Origin: the human T2T-CHM13v2.0 reference genome, Homo sapiens
DNA: 64,000 bases
NCBI RefSeq assembly: GCF_009914755.1
Contig: NC_060926.1
Strand: one strand, 5' to 3'
Shown: positions 61,801 to 64,000 of the stretch, piece by piece
How positions within the stretch are numbered: position 1 is the first letter of the stretch
How the letters are laid out: each line of letters begins with the position of its first letter
Program-made: the position numbers and the translations under genes
The notes under the pieces: generated by a model
Database searches by the model: none
Told to the model about the DNA's origin: nothing
What the model saw: the letters and a program-made list of their open reading frames with translations, nothing else

Positions 61801-62436
61801 ATTTTAAGAAATTTAATACTTAAAAAACCGAATATGCAAAGTTCGTAAAGTAAATGGTGAGAAGATTTCACTGAAGAATTGCTTTAAATAGAAAGCTCTT
61901 CTGATGTACTTAAGTGTTTGTAAAGTCACTTCCTACCCTGGGCTAAAAGAGACACAAGAAAACTCGAGGCTTAAAATGTTGGAAATCACTGTTGCTTGAA
62001 TAGTAAGCAGAAATGAGGGTAAATCATTTCTGAAATTTTAAGTATAAACTAATGAAAAATTGCTTTGCTATAGAAATTGCATTTTCATCTAATTGAATAT
62101 ATTCATTTTATTAAGTGGGTTACTACTGTGTATTCTTTAATTTCATTATCTTCAAGATTAATTTATAGAGTCTATATGAAAATACTACGTGGAATAGGAG
62201 TTATATTTTATAAGGAGTTGCTGTGTTTTAAGGAGTTATGTTAAAATCACATTATCTGGTGAGTATCAGTTAACCACAAGGGTACTGGCCAGTCAGTTAT
62301 GTTTCAAAATACCTGTTACTTAGTTTGAGAAAAAGTGACTTTGGGCACATATTCCTGCTTCTTATTTTGTAAAAGGGAATGCTGTGGTTTGTAATACTAG
62401 GCTATTGTCTAGTTTGATTCAAAGCACCCTACTCCA

Positions 62437-62790
62437 TTCAGCCTGGGCAAGATAGTGAGACCCCATCTCTACAAAAAATTTAAAAATTAAGGGCGGGAGG
62501 AGGGAGAGGATCAAAAAACTATGTATTGGGTACTATGCTTATTTCTTGGGGGACAAAATAATCTGTGCACCAAACTCCTGTGACATGCAGTTTACCTATC
62601 TGACAAACCTGCACATGTACCCCTGAACCTAAAATAAAAGTTAAAAAGTAATAACTAAATAAATAACAAATAAGCTAGACATGGTGGCACGAGCCTGTAG
62701 TCCCAGAAGGAAGAGGTGGGAAGACCCCTTGGGCCAAGAGGTCAAGACTGCAGTGAGCCATGATTGTGTGACTGCACTCCAGCCTTTCAT
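62437..62790 (+). mobile_element. AluJ fragment with a short L1PA-type 3' end (~62491-62670) inserted in its A-rich linker
   Basis: Alu left arm end, then gggtactatgct...acaaacctgcacatgtacccctgaacctaaaataaaag, then Alu right arm. Confidence 0.85.
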
Positions 62791-63411
62791 AAAAAAATCC
62801 CTGCAAAAGTACCCTACTGGTAGATAATATCTTCTTTAAAATTATAAATAATGTCATGTTCATTAAATCTGAGTGTGTATACTATATGGACAGAATAGAT
62901 TATCCAGCCTTTTGATTCTTTAATTCTATCTCTCTGTGATCTAATTAAATAAAACTAAGTTACTTTGATGTATATATGGGTATTTATATCATTAATTCAT
63001 AATAAGGCAAAATAAATAATTGCTGTAAGTGACAATGATAGCTTTTTAAAAAATATAGCCAACATTATTTCTGTTATATTTATTCAAACTCCCAATTTTG
63101 ATAACAAACACAATTTAATCTTTATCATATATGTGTATCCATTAATTTATTTTTGGCCCCATCCTTAACAGTTAAACATATTATGGCAGTAGTTTTTGTT
63201 TTTGCGTGCGTTTTTCTCCTAGGTCTGGAATAACTATTCTTGGCCCTGTGGGTGCACATTAAAATCATGTAGGACCAGGCCCTAAATTTTAAATCAAAAT
63301 CTTTGAGGGTGGAGGCCCTGGTATTTTTTAAAGCCCCTCACGTGATGGCTTTACAAAATAAGCCACAAAAGCACTGGTAGATGTTATCTACCAGTGATAT
63401 GCTTTTGTGGA

Positions 63412-63575
63412 GTTTTGTTTGTTTGTTTGTTTTTGAGTCAAGATCTAGCTCTGTCACCCAGGCTGGAGTGCAGCAGATCGATCATGGGTCACTATAGCCT
63501 CAACCTCCGGGCTTAAGTGATCCTCTAACCTCAGCCTCCTGGGACTAAAGGCTGATGCCACCATGCCCAGCTTAT
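63412..63575 (-). mobile_element. Alu monomer (FRAM/AluJ)
   Basis: ctctgtcacccaggctggagtgcag...ccaccatgcccagct. Confidence 0.85.
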
Positions 63576-64000
63576 TTATTGAAGTCCAGCCAGTATCGAG
63601 AATTACTGTGCTAGGGCTATGATCCCCTGTGTTAACATTTTCTTACCTTGCTCTTGAAGGATCGTTAAACACCAGTTCAGCGGGAGTTGGAGGGCTGACG
63701 ACACTACAGAATCTGGACTCTATGACTTGTTTTGGGAGTAACAGGAGGGTGTGATGAGGAATTTCTGTGAAGGTGACTTCTGGATCCTCAGCTTCAATTA
63801 CTGAAACTATGGAGAGACATGAAAGCACCCCACCCTGGCTCAGGTCAGGAAAGAATTAGGAAAGGGGACTTCTGACTGGTTAGGTGAAATTGAGGAAGGG
63901 TTAGAAGTTCAGGAAAGTAATACTTAAAAGTAGCAGATTGTATAGACACTCTTGTTCTGAAGTACCTTGAAATGGATTTGGAGAAGAACCACCATCAGGC

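Overview
Human-type (primate) genomic DNA with no recognisable protein-coding exon. The centre (~42.9-44.3 kb) is a GC/CpG-rich bidirectional promoter with two divergent non-coding first exons. From sequence recall I identify these as ORC4 (minus strand, donor at 43087) and MBD5 (plus strand, donor at 44138) on 2q23.1; confirm by BLAT. The left 43 kb (ORC4 intron 1) is packed with nested transposons: L1MA/L1MC/L1PA, many Alus, LTR12, LTR10, MST, MER39-like, Tigger2/3, MER44, MER20, MADE1 and a near-full-length Hsmar1. The right 20 kb (MBD5 intron 1) is AT-rich and transposon-poor. Almost all ORF-track entries are repeat-derived. Best leads: (1) an interrupted 25-unit CTG/CAG tract in the MBD5 leader whose interruptions all keep Leu on the sense strand and place stops in the antisense polyGln frame; (2) two minus-strand exon-like segments (63647-63806 and 56284 downward) that splice into a ~120-codon open frame followed by AATAAA; (3) an LTR12 with a duplicated core promoter; (4) a collapsed LTR10 provirus; (5) a diverged duplication wrapped in inverted repeats. 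None is demonstrated to be a new biological system; subfamily names are by-eye calls.
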